Assembly: GCA_963776275.1 (NCBI GenBank)
Contig: CAVZMI010000014.1
Span: 96,001 to 160,000 of the forward strand
Length of the DNA stretch: 64,000 nucleotides
Direction: 5' to 3'
Source of the DNA: Ignavibacteriota bacterium
Lineage (GTDB): Bacteria; Bacteroidota; Ignavibacteria; UBA10030; CAVZMI01
Part shown: positions 43,496 through 53,884 of the stretch, piece by piece
Layout of the letters: each line of letters begins with the position of its first letter
How positions within the stretch are numbered: the stretch's first letter is position 1
The notes under the pieces: model-generated
The model's input: only the letters and a program-made list of their open reading frames with translations
The model's database searches: none
Told to the model about the DNA's origin: nothing
Position numbers and translations under genes: made by a program

Positions 43496-43716
43496 TCCAC
43501 CCCACAGATTCACGTTTTTTCCCTCTCAGAAAAACGTAGTATCCCCCCATTATAGTGTATTATCATAGTTGACAATACGGTTATTATCAGCATGATAATA
43601 ATTCCGAGGGATTACCATGACTTGTACCGGAAAAAGCCCTTTTTTATATGGCACAGATGTTGCAAAAACAGAGTCGGCTGTTAGGTGTAAAGTATAGTCT
43701 GGAGAAAGGCATTATA

Positions 43717-44726
43717 ATGCGTACAGAGGTTGCACTTGGCGTGGATATCGGCGGCACCAACACTGCCTTTGGTTATGTGGATCGAAAAGGGAGATGTCTT
43801 GCAAGTGATTCTATTCCTACCAATGCCCATCAGCCGGCTGAATTATTCTTTGGGCGGTTACATAAAAGTACGACAGCGCTTCTCGACAGCATTCAAGAGA
43901 AATGTGAATTGATCGGTATCGGTATCGGTGCACCAATGCAAATTACTACAACGGAACGATAGATCATCCTCCTAATTTAAGTTGGGAGTACGTCAATGTC
44001 TTTGCTGAAATGAGGAAGTATTTCAATGTGCCCGTGGCTATAACGAACGATGCAAATGCCGCAGCCCTCGGCGAATTGTTATTCGGTGCCGCCCAGGGCA
44101 TGAGAGATTTCATTGTCATCACGCTGGGTACCGGATTGGGCAGCGGTATTGTCGCAAATGGCGAATTAATCTATGGAGCGGATGGAAATGCAGGAGAGAT
44201 CGGCCATACGATCGTCGATCTAAAGGGACGGGAATGTGGATGCGGCCGTCGCGGTTGCCTTGAAACATACGTTTCCGCCACCGGTATACGTCGGACGGTG
44301 CACGAGCTGATTTGCAATACCGACGTGCCGAGCGATCTTCGTCATGTGAGTTTCGAGGAGCTGACTTCGAAAATGATCTATGATGCGGCCCAGCGCGGTG
44401 ACCGGCTGGCGCTCGAGGCATTCGAGTACACGGGAAGAATTCTAGGAATGAAACTTGCCGATTCGGTAGCTCATCTGAGTCCGGAAGCCATCGTTTTCTT
44501 TGGCGGTTTAGCTGCAGCCGGCGATCTGCTTTTCAAGCCAACTAAACGATCGATGGAGGAACATCTTTTTGGTATTTTCAAGAACAAGGTAAAACTGCTG
44601 CCTTCAGGGTTTGCCGACGGCAATTCGGCGGTGATCGGAGCGAGCGCGTTGATCTGGAATGATTTGCAGAGAAAATCGGACACACAAGATCGTACTCGCT
44701 TACGGAGAAAATTATTCAATAATTAA
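43717..44726 (+). CDS. ROK-family sugar kinase (glucokinase-like); frameshift ~43935
   Basis: GVDIGGT, GIGIGAP, NDANAAALGE, TLGTGLGSG, GEIGH, CGCGRRGCLE; no HTH. Confidence 0.88.
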
Positions 44727-44757
44727 GAATTGTTCAGGTTAAGTTCCATCCTCCTTC

Positions 44758-44827
44758 ATGTGGGGCTATATCCCGCGCTTTATGATTTCTTGGGAATCAT
44801 ACGGGGTTATGCCCCACATTCTTTTTC
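44758..44827 (+). terminator. Long hairpin/terminator after the ROK kinase
   Basis: atgtggggc...tatgatttc-ttg-ggaatcata...gccccacat followed by tctttttc. Confidence 0.55.
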
Positions 44828-44835
44828 ATATATCG

Positions 44836-44934
44836 CTTGTCATTGTGTTGTTTCTCGGTATCGTTGTGGTGGGTATACTTATCTCAATGTATCTTCCGAT
44901 GTTTGATCTGGTAAATGTTATAGGCGGAGGGTAA
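44836..44934 (+). pseudogene. Orphan 3' fragment of a PilC/GspF (T2SS F family) gene
   Basis: LVIVLFLGIVVVGILISMYLPMFDLVNVIGGG* is the characteristic last helix of PilC/GspF; no upstream body of the gene. Confidence 0.65.
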
Positions 44935-45108
44935 AAGATTATAAGAGGATTTTATAAGTTACCTCTTTTGACGTCGTTTGAAGAGTTGTGATGTGAGAAC
45001 AAAACTATTTAGAAAATATCTTGCGGTTAATTTTAAAAATAATCATCCTCCCCGCGTTCCCCTTGAAGTCTTAAAAAGAGATGCAACCATCATTTCGTAA
45101 TATTTATC

Positions 45109-45757
45109 TTACAAATTTAGTAGATCGTCGATCGATATTGCCGATAGATTAGGAACAACGATCGAAGCGTTCGGCAGTCTTTCCATAGGCCCGATCCCAA
45201 GTGCTTTCATCCCTGCGCGCCGTGCGGCTTCGATGCCGGTAACGGCATCTTCAACGACAATACAGAGGAGAGGAGGGACGCCGAGATTTTTTGCAGCAAG
45301 GAGAAATATTTCAGGGTCAGGCTTTGAATTTTCTATCGCGTATCCATCGACAATGGTATCGATCAATGTTCCCGATACCGACCTGCTGAATAATGGTCTT
45401 TGTGTTACGGCTGTTTGAGGCAACGGCAATTTTAATTCCGCGTTTCCTGAGTTCCTTAAGGGCAGTAAGGGCACCGGGTAGAAGCACTTCATGCGTTACG
45501 GTTGAGAGCGATTCGACATAATACTTATTTTTCCTGTCGGCTAATTCCTGTTTCTGTTCGGGGGTAAAGCTTCTGCCCGCAGCCCTGGTGAGAATTTCCA
45601 CGCACTCCATCCTTGCCACGCCGCGGAATTTATTATTGAATTCATGATTGAAAAAATCGAATTTCTCTTCGTCGGCAAGTTTTTTCCACGAACGGTAATG
45701 GTACTCATCCGTTGAGACCAGTACGCCATCAAGATCAAAGAGTACGGCTTTAATCAA
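45109..45757 (-). CDS. pgmB: Beta-phosphoglucomutase-like HAD hydrolase; frameshift ~45370
   Basis: FDLDGVLVST..HY..W, LADRKN, ASNSRN, SKPDPEIFL, VEDAVTGIEAA. Confidence 0.8.
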
Positions 45758-45821
45758 AGAATTTCTGACTCCTGTATGTTAAGATTTATTGTATAATTTA
45801 CGAAGAATTCCGCCGATTATC

Positions 45822-45861
45822 AAAAAAAATCCCAATCGGTGACGACCGGTTGGGATTTTTT
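45822..45861. terminator. Bidirectional intrinsic terminator
   Basis: aaaaaaaatcccaatcggt-gacg-accggttgggatttttt. Confidence 0.8.
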
Positions 45862-45895
45862 ATGTCCGATTACTTTTGTGCACAAACTTAAAATT

Positions 45896-46571
45896 CTAGT
45901 TTTCCGCGGAAGAATATATATACATGCTTCCCGAGGCGCCGCTTTCCGGCACAAGTTGCAAGTACACAAGTCCGAACTTATGATTTGCCTTGTAGACAAT
46001 TTTCTTCACGCCGGGAATTAGCGAATTTTGCTCGACGGTAATTACTTTGATCAGATACAGTCCGTACGAGAAATCATCATCCGTCGATTTTGTAGTCACT
46101 GTTCTTGTAATTGTCTTGCCATCCGATCCTGTTAATGGGTATTGGTCACCGACACTGCAATCGTATTTCACCATGGTATGGAGTTTATGATCGGGATTAA
46201 ATGTGTCCTGAATACCATCGGAAGTGATTTTAAACTGGACTTCCGTGTTCAATCTGCCCAAAGAATCCTTCATCGACGGCTGGAAATAATTATTCAGAAC
46301 AGCCAGCTCGGGAACCTTGCTGAGGTCAGCCACAATTTTTACCGTAACGATACCGTTGTCGTTTTTTGTAATTGTCATCGGCTGCAAGACAGTATAAATT
46401 TTGTTTCCTATCATTACTCCAGAATTCGTGAATTGAGTTCCAACCTGACCGAGGGGTGTATTTACCTCACCGCCCAAATCGTTCGGACTGTCTCGGACTA
46501 TCGTCTTTTTTACATGAGGCAAAAAATAATGTTAGCAACAAACTGCTGCACAATAGAGCCACTTTTTTCAT
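45896..46571 (-). CDS. Hypothetical lipoprotein; frameshift ~46490
   Basis: ATG 46571 gives MKKVALLCSSLLLTLFFASC (lipobox) KKDD, after a GAGG RBS, and joins ORF 45896..46522. Confidence 0.65.
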
Positions 46572-46748
46572 ACTCAACCTCCTCGAAATATCACATTATC
46601 ACAAAGAAATTTGATTTATTGGAGAATTTTTCCCCTGAAGTACTGAAGAGGATTGTTTATATAAAGTATTCGTATTTTCATAAAAATGCAACAGGTAAAA
46701 CCGGAGTGAAAGGGAAAATATTACGATCTAAGTTTGTATCAGGTCAGA

Positions 46749-47245
46749 TTATTGAGATGACGCCGAATCAGATATGTCGGTTTGCGTATTCTCGTTTTTT
46801 TGTTTCTCGAGTAGGATGGAAAAAATGAGGAAATAGAAAAAGAACGGCGAGAAAAGATTAATGACAAGGATATGAAGGAAACCGATGCCGTAGATGAAAA
46901 GAAATGAGAGAATCAAGAAAAGCGGAATTCACATACAGCGACAGCATAAGGGATTGGAGTCTGATCCGTTGGATAGTATCAGTTTCGATTTTTTCACGGG
47001 AAAAGCAGAGGAATACAAGTCCGCACAGCAGCAAGATTCCCGCAATTTCGTCCGTGATATTGTGATATATAAAGCTGAAATATTTTGTCTCGAAGAAGGA
47101 ATAATAGAATACGAAAACTTTTAAATCCAGCCACTGAGGTTTGAAATCATGCTGAAATCGCAGCAGGCCTATGATAAAACCGGCAGTAGAGAATATCCAT
47201 CCCACGGCTTTGAAATATCGCGGTAAGAGAAAAGACTTTTGTAAA
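46749..47245 (-). CDS. Small hypothetical membrane protein (frameshifted, start uncertain)
   Basis: LLPRYFKAVGW...FSREKIETD...IRLQSLMLSLYVN; several hydrophobic segments. Confidence 0.5.
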
Positions 47246-47460
47246 ATAGGACCACCTTGAATTTTTTAAGATATTTTATTTCGAAATATCACAGATTATT
47301 CACCCGTATAAAGTATCTGGTTTTTGCTTCAATTACAATGGAATGTTGACCGGTCGCCGATACGTATTGGTTTCCGTGATAACGATTATTTGCAATTCAA
47401 CATCAGACTTCTGCTATTCTCTTCGGCGATGAAGTATTAGAATTTTTTATTGTGGTTCAT

Positions 47461-48267
47461 TTAAAGCTGCATCCTTAAAATTCCCTTTCTTAATCTGATT
47501 CTGAAGGCATGGTAAAGGTATAATCCTGCCAGGGAAATATAGAAACAGTTCAGTCCCAATCCTATCCAGAAAAGGCTCCACTTCATTGTGCCAGTTGTCA
47601 GTACATGCCGCCCGGACTCAAAAATATAGGTCGTCGGCAGAATCCGCGCAATGTATTGTGCCCATTGAGGAAGAATGGAAACAGGGTAATAAATTGCCGA
47701 GAACGGCAGCAGGATCATTCCGAATGACCATGCAAGGGCTTGAATTCTCTGTCCGTATCTCATGATCAAACCGGAAATGAGGAGTGCGATCCAGGTTCCG
47801 GCAAGAACAAGCAGAAACACGAACGGTGCCAGATAGTATCCAAAGGTTAGAATATTCACGCTGTACAGAAAAAATGCAAGAAGGGCTACAAGTGATGCGG
47901 AAAGAAATGCTTTTATGAATCCGACAATCACCGACGCAACGATCCACTCGGAAAGCGTCAGGGGAGAGCCGAAAATGTTAATGAGATTTCGACTCCATAT
48001 ATCGTCGAGGAGACCAAACGGGACATCCGAGCTTATCCGCAGTGTGATAAGCCAGAAGATGATTGCGGAGACGATTGCGATTACGAAATAATTGGCACCG
48101 GGCGTTCCGGATTGCGTCGCAAGTGTTTTTTGAAAATAGAGACTCGTCATTCCCCAGAGAAGTACATCGATAATCGGGAATAAAAATATTTCGGTGTATT
48201 TGTCAAAACTGTGCTTGAAGTTGTACAAATGCCTGAGTATTAATGCATAAATGCGGTACGCCTTCAT
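47461..48267 (-). CDS. ABC-2 type transporter permease
   Basis: Multiple TM helices, WSRNLINIFGSP, YYPVSILP.W, LPTTY; overlaps the ATPase gene. Confidence 0.85.
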   Translation of the reverse strand: MKAYRIYALILRHLYNFKHSFDKYTEIFLFPIIDVLLWGMTSLYFQKTLATQSGTPGANYFVIAIVSAIIFWLITLRISSDVPFGLLDDIWSRNLINIFGSPLTLSEWIVASVIVGFIKAFLSASLVALLAFFLYSVNILTFGYYLAPFVFLLVLAGTWIALLISGLIMRYGQRIQALAWSFGMILLPFSAIYYPVSILPQWAQYIARILPTTYIFESGRHVLTTGTMKWSLFWIGLGLNCFYISLAGLYLYHAFRIRLRKGILRMQL

Positions 48268-49178
48268 CTGGTTATCCTATTCACTGTGGAGATGAAATAG
48301 TCTTCGAGCGACGGCTGATCGATGCTGATTTCGTCGTACCGTATTCCGAGAGCAGTAATGTCGCTCAGGAGACGTGCAATCTGTTTCTCGTTGATATCGA
48401 TGATGATAAATCTTCCATCGGCCCTCATTTGCAGTTTTTTCTCTTTACAGAATCTCCGAAGTTTCCTTATATTTTTGCTGACAAGAAGCTGGATATGAGA
48501 AATTTGAATAGTTTTTGCAAGATTCTGGGGCGTATCGTCTGCAATGATTTTTCCACGATTGATGAAGATGACCCGATCACACACTTCCTCGACTTCCGCC
48601 ATGTTATGAGAAGTCATTATGATTGAAATATCCAGTTTTTTCCTCTGATTCGTAATAAACGAACGGACATAGTGAGCAACATCTGGATCTAATGATGCCG
48701 TCGGTTCATCAAGGAGGAGTACCTCAGGAGAATTCAGAAATGCCTTGGCCAGATTCAGGCGAGTCATCTGGCCTGCAGAGAGTGTATCGATGGATTGTGG
48801 TAGTAATTCATTCAGGCCGAATAATTCGACGATCTCATCGATCCGCTTTTTCCGATTTTCGATGGCATAGAGATATGAAAGCACGCGCAGGTTTTCACGG
48901 ACGGTGAGAACCCAGGGTAGATTCATGTAGGTTGAGGAGAAATTTATCCGGTTGAGAATATATTCTCGCTCCGCCGTGAGATTCTTCTCAAAGAAAAATA
49001 TTTCGCCGGCGGTGGGTTCCAGGACGCCCAGCAGCATCTGCAGTGTGGTTGTCTTGCCTGCGCCGTTGGGCCCCAGGAGGCCTAGAATTTCCCCCTTCTT
49101 CAATGAAAAAGAGATATGATCTACGGCAACCAGATTTTCGAAAACCTTCGTAAGGTTGACTACTTCAACGATATTCAT
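48264..49178 (-). CDS. ABC transporter ATP-binding protein
   Basis: GPNGAGKTT, LSAGQ, LLLDEPT, SHNM. Confidence 0.92.
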   Translation of the reverse strand: MNIVEVVNLTKVFENLVAVDHISFSLKKGEILGLLGPNGAGKTTTLQMLLGVLEPTAGEIFFFEKNLTAEREYILNRINFSSTYMNLPWVLTVRENLRVLSYLYAIENRKKRIDEIVELFGLNELLPQSIDTLSAGQMTRLNLAKAFLNSPEVLLLDEPTASLDPDVAHYVRSFITNQRKKLDISIIMTSHNMAEVEEVCDRVIFINRGKIIADDTPQNLAKTIQISHIQLLVSKNIRKLRRFCKEKKLQMRADGRFIIIDINEKQIARLLSDITALGIRYDEISIDQPSLEDYFISTVNRITR

Positions 49179-49331
49179 CAGATCCTGTTTCCAAGATTTC
49201 TTATGAAGAACAATCAAGTATAAGAAGAGGTTGCATTATGTTCAATAGGAAAATTCCGACGAGCCCGTACTGCAACCGGCAGAGGAAAAGAGTCCAGCGA
49301 TTCCTCAGAGGGGTCTTTTTTAAAAAAACGC

Positions 49332-49360
49332 TTGACTTTCACGTTGATCACACGTATTAT
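49332..49360 (+). promoter_or_regulatory. sigma70-type promoter of the galK operon
   Basis: TTGACT-17 nt-TATTAT. Confidence 0.65.
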
Positions 49361-49375
49361 TTCATTTATAGAAAT

Positions 49376-49391
49376 ATGTTAGCGCTAACAT
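49376..49391. promoter_or_regulatory. LacI-family operator
   Basis: Perfect 16-bp palindrome ATGTTAGCGCTAACAT with central CG, between the promoter and galK; a LacI gene lies in the same operon. Confidence 0.85.
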
Positions 49392-49404
49392 AAATTTCGT
49401 ATTG

Positions 49405-50592
49405 ATGAGCATAGAAATGAACGAACCCTCACATTCAAAACAGCTCTTGCTCCAAAAAATATTTGCACACAGATTTGATAACCACACCGACAAAGTAGTC
49501 GTGAGATCTCCGGGAAGAATAAATCTGATCGGTGAACACACCGATTATAATGAAGGATTTGTTCTTCCTGCCGCTATCAATCTGGGAATTTGTTTTGTTG
49601 TTGCGCCTCGAAACGATCGTGAGTTTCATTTTGTCGCAGCGGATATGATGGAAGAAGAATTTGAGTGCACATTACAAACGCTGAATAAATCTTCGAAAAG
49701 CTGGCCGAACTATCTTTTGGGGGTTATCGAACAGATGGTCAAAGCCGGTCATGATCTCCATGGGTGCAATGTTGTGTTTGGCGGAGATATTCCTATCGGT
49801 GCCGGACTCTCCTCATCGGCGGCGGTGGAGGCGGGATTTGCTTTTGCGCTCAATACTATTTTCTCCCTGGGATTGACACCGGTTGAGCTTGTTCATATTG
49901 CTCAGAAAGCTGAAAGGGAATTTGTCGGCGTTCAATGCGGCATCATGGATCAATTTATCAATATCTTCAGCAAAGAGAAGAAAGTATTAAGACTCGATTG
50001 CCGGACGCTGGAATATGAGTACTTCCCCTTTGAGTACGATCATGTCTGTTTTGTGCTATGCGATACGGGTGTCAGCAGACAACTGGCTGCTTCCCAGTAT
50101 AACACGCGGCGAAGCCAGTGTGAAGGCGGTGTCGCATTTCTTCAAAAATATGACGCAACTATCAAAAGCCTTCGTGATGTGACAATGGAACTCCTTGAAC
50201 AATATAAGAATGTTTTTGATCCGCTTCTCTATAAACGATGCGAGTATGTTGTGAGAGAGAATGCGAGAGTCCTATCGGCGTGTGAAGCTCTGCTTAGCCA
50301 CGATCTCCATGCATTTGGCAGGCTTATGTTTCAATCACATGCAGGACTTCGGGATGGATACGAAGTAAGTTGCCGTGAACTCGATCTCCTTGTTGACATT
50401 GCCTCCACTGTTCCGGGTGTGATCGGAGCGCGCATGATGGGAGCCGGTTTTGGCGGGTGCACATTGAATCTTGTAGGGAAACGCCATTGCGAGGAATTCA
50501 CGCAGATCATCTGTTCTGAATATAAGAAAGCAACCAATCGCGATATGCAAACGTATGTAGTGCAGATTCAAGCGGGAACTGCCTTTGTGTGA
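49405..50592 (+). CDS. galK: Galactokinase
   Basis: SPGRINLIGEHTDYNEG, PIGAGLSSSAA, CGIMDQ, GARMMGAGFGG. Confidence 0.95.
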   Translation: MSIEMNEPSHSKQLLLQKIFAHRFDNHTDKVVVRSPGRINLIGEHTDYNEGFVLPAAINLGICFVVAPRNDREFHFVAADMMEEEFECTLQTLNKSSKSWPNYLLGVIEQMVKAGHDLHGCNVVFGGDIPIGAGLSSSAAVEAGFAFALNTIFSLGLTPVELVHIAQKAEREFVGVQCGIMDQFINIFSKEKKVLRLDCRTLEYEYFPFEYDHVCFVLCDTGVSRQLAASQYNTRRSQCEGGVAFLQKYDATIKSLRDVTMELLEQYKNVFDPLLYKRCEYVVRENARVLSACEALLSHDLHAFGRLMFQSHAGLRDGYEVSCRELDLLVDIASTVPGVIGARMMGAGFGGCTLNLVGKRHCEEFTQIICSEYKKATNRDMQTYVVQIQAGTAFV

Positions 50593-50630
50593 GATTCCCA
50601 GAAGAATTCTTTTATGAAAGGTGTGTTTCC

Positions 50631-51677
50631 ATGGAGGAGCTAGACCTGAATACCTCTCCGCACCGACGGCGAAATATACTGACAGGCGAGTGGATTCTTG
50701 TTTCGCCTCACCGCATGAAAAGGCCGTGGCAGGGACAAATCGAAAATTCCGGTGACCTCCGGCGGGAATCGTACGATCCGTCGTGTTATCTCTGCCCTGG
50801 AAACACTCGGGCAAACGGCGAAACAAATCCCAAATATACAAAAACCTTCATATTCACTAATGATTTCAGTTCATTGATTCCGACAACTCACGGAACAGAA
50901 TGTGCATACCACGATTTGCTGGTGGCTGCGCCGGAATCAGGAGTGTGCCGTGTAGTATGTTTCTCACCGAGACATGATCTTTCGCTTGCTGAAATGGAAA
51001 CGGAAGATATCAGGGATGTGCTAGATGAATGGGTTAAGGAATATGAAGAGCTCGGTTCAATGCCGGAAATAAACCATGTGCAGATTTTTGAAAACAAAGG
51101 TGAAATAATGGGATGTAGTAATCCCCATCCCCATGGACAGGTCTGGGCGCAGCATTCCATTCCAACCGAGCCGGCAAAAGAAATTTTCCAGATGCAAAAA
51201 CATATGCACGATCGTCAATCGTGCTTACTCTGTGATTATCTTACTCTGGAGTTGAAGGAACGCACGCGGGTAGTGTTTGCAAATAATGATATTTCCGTGA
51301 TCGTACCGTTCTGGGCTGTATGGCCGTTTGAGACAATAGTCGTTCCACATCGACATGTATCGTCAATCGGTGAATTGACGGAAGGGGAGAGGAATTCATT
51401 TGCCGATATAATTAAACGCCTGACGACGCGATACGATAACCTCTTTCAGATTTCATTTCCATATTCCGCAGGACTTCACCAATCCCCGACAGACGGGCAC
51501 ATTCACCCGGAATATCATACACATATGCATTTTTATCCTCCGCTTCTTCGGTCGGCGAACATTCGAAAATTCATGGTCGGTTATGAAATGCTCGCCGATC
51601 CGCAGCGCGACACCACACCGGAAACAAGTGCATCGCAATTACGGGGAATTTCAGAAGTACATTATTTTAAAAAGTAG
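50631..51677 (+). CDS. galT: Galactose-1-phosphate uridylyltransferase
   Basis: HRRRNILTGEW.LVSPHR.KRPWQG, CYLCPGN, FENKG..MGCSNPHPHGQ, RKFMVGYEM. Confidence 0.95.
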   Translation: MEELDLNTSPHRRRNILTGEWILVSPHRMKRPWQGQIENSGDLRRESYDPSCYLCPGNTRANGETNPKYTKTFIFTNDFSSLIPTTHGTECAYHDLLVAAPESGVCRVVCFSPRHDLSLAEMETEDIRDVLDEWVKEYEELGSMPEINHVQIFENKGEIMGCSNPHPHGQVWAQHSIPTEPAKEIFQMQKHMHDRQSCLLCDYLTLELKERTRVVFANNDISVIVPFWAVWPFETIVVPHRHVSSIGELTEGERNSFADIIKRLTTRYDNLFQISFPYSAGLHQSPTDGHIHPEYHTHMHFYPPLLRSANIRKFMVGYEMLADPQRDTTPETSASQLRGISEVHYFKK

Positions 51678-51685
51678 AGGCGCGT

Positions 51686-52738
51686 ATGAGAGAAAAAGTG
51701 CCATCCACTCGTATCACTGTACAGCAGTTAGCGGAGAAACTTGGAATCTCAGCTATGACGGTCTCGCGAGCGCTGAATAACCGTCCGCATGTGGATCTTA
51801 AAACGCGAAAGAGGGTGCTGGAAGCGGCACGACGGCTTGGCTATAGTCCCGATCTCATTGCGAAAAGTCTTGCACTTAGAAAGACGTACACAATCGGTGT
51901 CGTGGTGCCTGAGATTACCCACTCCTTTTTCCCCGAAGCAATCCATGGGATTGAGGAGGTGACATACAGTCAGGGATACCACCTGATTCTCGCACATTCG
52001 GCCGAGAGTGCCGAACGTGAACGGGATGCCCTTCAGACACTGGAATCGAAACGGGTCGATGGTATTCTCATCTCTACAGCTCAGAATATTTCAGATTTTT
52101 CACAATATAAACAGATTGTGCGGAAGGGTACTTCGCTGGTTTTTTTCGACCGGTGCGTCTGGGGAATTGGGGTGAGTTGTGTCAGTATCGACGACGAGAA
52201 GAGCGCGAGACAGATTACCAGGCACCTGCTGGAACATAGATATAAGCGGTTAGCCCACCTTGCGGGTTCTCCAAAACTCGCTATCAGCAAGGCACGTTTG
52301 CGTGGATTTCGAAAAGCCATCAAGGAATTCAGTCTGTCCGTTGATGAGGGGTTAATAGTGGAATCGGGATTACACGAACCGGGGGGATATGCAGCTATGG
52401 TTAAAATTCTAAGCCTGCCGACAAAAAGATGGCCGCGGGCTGTCGTCGCGGTGAACGATCCCGCCGCATTTGGTGCAATGAGGGCATTGACGGAACACGG
52501 CCTGCGAATTCCCGAAGATATCGCAATCGTCGGCTTTTCAGATGATATTCGGGCTGCAATTATGACTCCTCCTCTGACCACCGTACGGCAGCCGGCTTTT
52601 GAAGTGGGACGAAAGGCTGCACAACGGTTGTTTGCCCATATCAGAGGGCAGGAGAAGTCCGCCACCCGAACCGAAATACAGGCAGAACTCGTTATCCGGC
52701 GGTCATGCGGCTGTCTCTATCCTGAACAAAAGGCATAA
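51686..52738 (+). CDS. LacI-family transcriptional regulator
   Basis: HTH LAEKLGISAMTVSRALN, RVDGIL, NDPAAFG, IPEDIAIVGF, LTTVRQP. Confidence 0.92.
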   Translation: MREKVPSTRITVQQLAEKLGISAMTVSRALNNRPHVDLKTRKRVLEAARRLGYSPDLIAKSLALRKTYTIGVVVPEITHSFFPEAIHGIEEVTYSQGYHLILAHSAESAERERDALQTLESKRVDGILISTAQNISDFSQYKQIVRKGTSLVFFDRCVWGIGVSCVSIDDEKSARQITRHLLEHRYKRLAHLAGSPKLAISKARLRGFRKAIKEFSLSVDEGLIVESGLHEPGGYAAMVKILSLPTKRWPRAVVAVNDPAAFGAMRALTEHGLRIPEDIAIVGFSDDIRAAIMTPPLTTVRQPAFEVGRKAAQRLFAHIRGQEKSATRTEIQAELVIRRSCGCLYPEQKA

Positions 52739-52951
52739 TGGGCATGATGACACCGATATGTGCTCCGGCAATCGGTGAAATGACGTTCGTCGGCTCGATT
52801 CTTTTAGAGCTCAGGCCTCCATAACAAAGAAAGCGTTTTTTCCTGCGTTTTTGTTAAGATATTTTCCCTCTCTTGACTATTTCATTTTTCATTTATTAAT
52901 TGTCACCGACAATTATCTTCGTTTGTGACGAATCCGGAAAGGAGGAGTATT

Positions 52952-53359
52952 ATGTCGAAGATTCAGCGTGTTACTTTTTTCAAGGCAAACCTCAGCGATA
53001 AACCTGGTATGTTGCTCGGAATTATGCAGGAACTCAAGTCAAAGGGTGTCGGACTGACATGCCTCTGGGGCTTCGGGAAACCGGACGGGAATGCGGAACT
53101 TTTTGTTGTAGCAAAAAATCCGGATAAATTAAAAAATATCTGGAAATCTTCGGGCATACTCGCAGAAGAAGGGACGGGTTTCTTTATAAAGGGAGCGGAT
53201 CGAACCGGAGTTCTTGTGAAGAGCCTTGAAGCACTTGCTGGTGCCGGCATTAACATCAAAGCTATGAATGCTGTTGCCGTCGGTGGAAATTATGGCTCAC
53301 TCATATGGATCGGTACTGCCGATATTGAAAAAGCAGCAGAGGTACTGGGGGCGAAGTGA
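52952..53359 (+). CDS. Small tandem ACT-domain-like protein
   Basis: DKPGMLL..L...GV.L and DRTGVLV..LEALAGAGINI repeats; strong RBS. Confidence 0.65.
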   Translation: MSKIQRVTFFKANLSDKPGMLLGIMQELKSKGVGLTCLWGFGKPDGNAELFVVAKNPDKLKNIWKSSGILAEEGTGFFIKGADRTGVLVKSLEALAGAGINIKAMNAVAVGGNYGSLIWIGTADIEKAAEVLGAK

Positions 53360-53414
53360 AATTCTGCATAGCAGGAAAGTTGAGGGTGAGCGGGATCTAT
53401 TTCTGCAGGTAAAG

Positions 53415-53450
53415 AGAAGCCTCCGACATTATGGAGGCTTCTTGTCTTTT
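53415..53450. terminator. Terminator between convergent genes
   Basis: agaagcctcc-gacattat-ggaggcttct followed by a T-tract. Confidence 0.65.
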
Positions 53451-53482
53451 ATAATTCTTTCTGTGAGCTGCTGTTGTAACAT

Positions 53483-53879
53483 CTATTCGGGTTTCGCATC
53501 CAATATCTCGCGTATCATCGAAAGAAGTTCCTTAGGTACGTACGGCTTCTGTGTGATGCCTTTCACTCCTGCCTGCAGCAATTGGTTTTTTACCCCCGGT
53601 TCCAGGAATCCGGAAGCTAAGAATAATCTTCACCCCCGGATTGATCTTACGGAGTTTCTTGAATTCGTCGACCCCTCCAAGTTTCGGCATTCCCGTATCG
53701 CTTATGACAAGTGCAATGTCCTTCTGATACTGCGTATATATTTCGATAGCCTCCTGTCCATCGCTGGCGATGAGCACTTTGTAGCCATTCGATTCAAGCA
53801 GCGATCGTACAAATTCCAGCAGAAGAATTTCATCTTCAACAAGAAGAATCGTTTCAGAGCCGCCGTGTATATCTTTCAT
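53483..53879 (-). CDS. Response regulator receiver domain (possibly fused to the upstream kinase); frameshift ~53620
   Basis: ILLVEDE, SDTGMP; shifted frame ASGFL...QKPY...REILD* (TAG 53483). Confidence 0.8.
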
Positions 53880-53884
53880 CTTCT

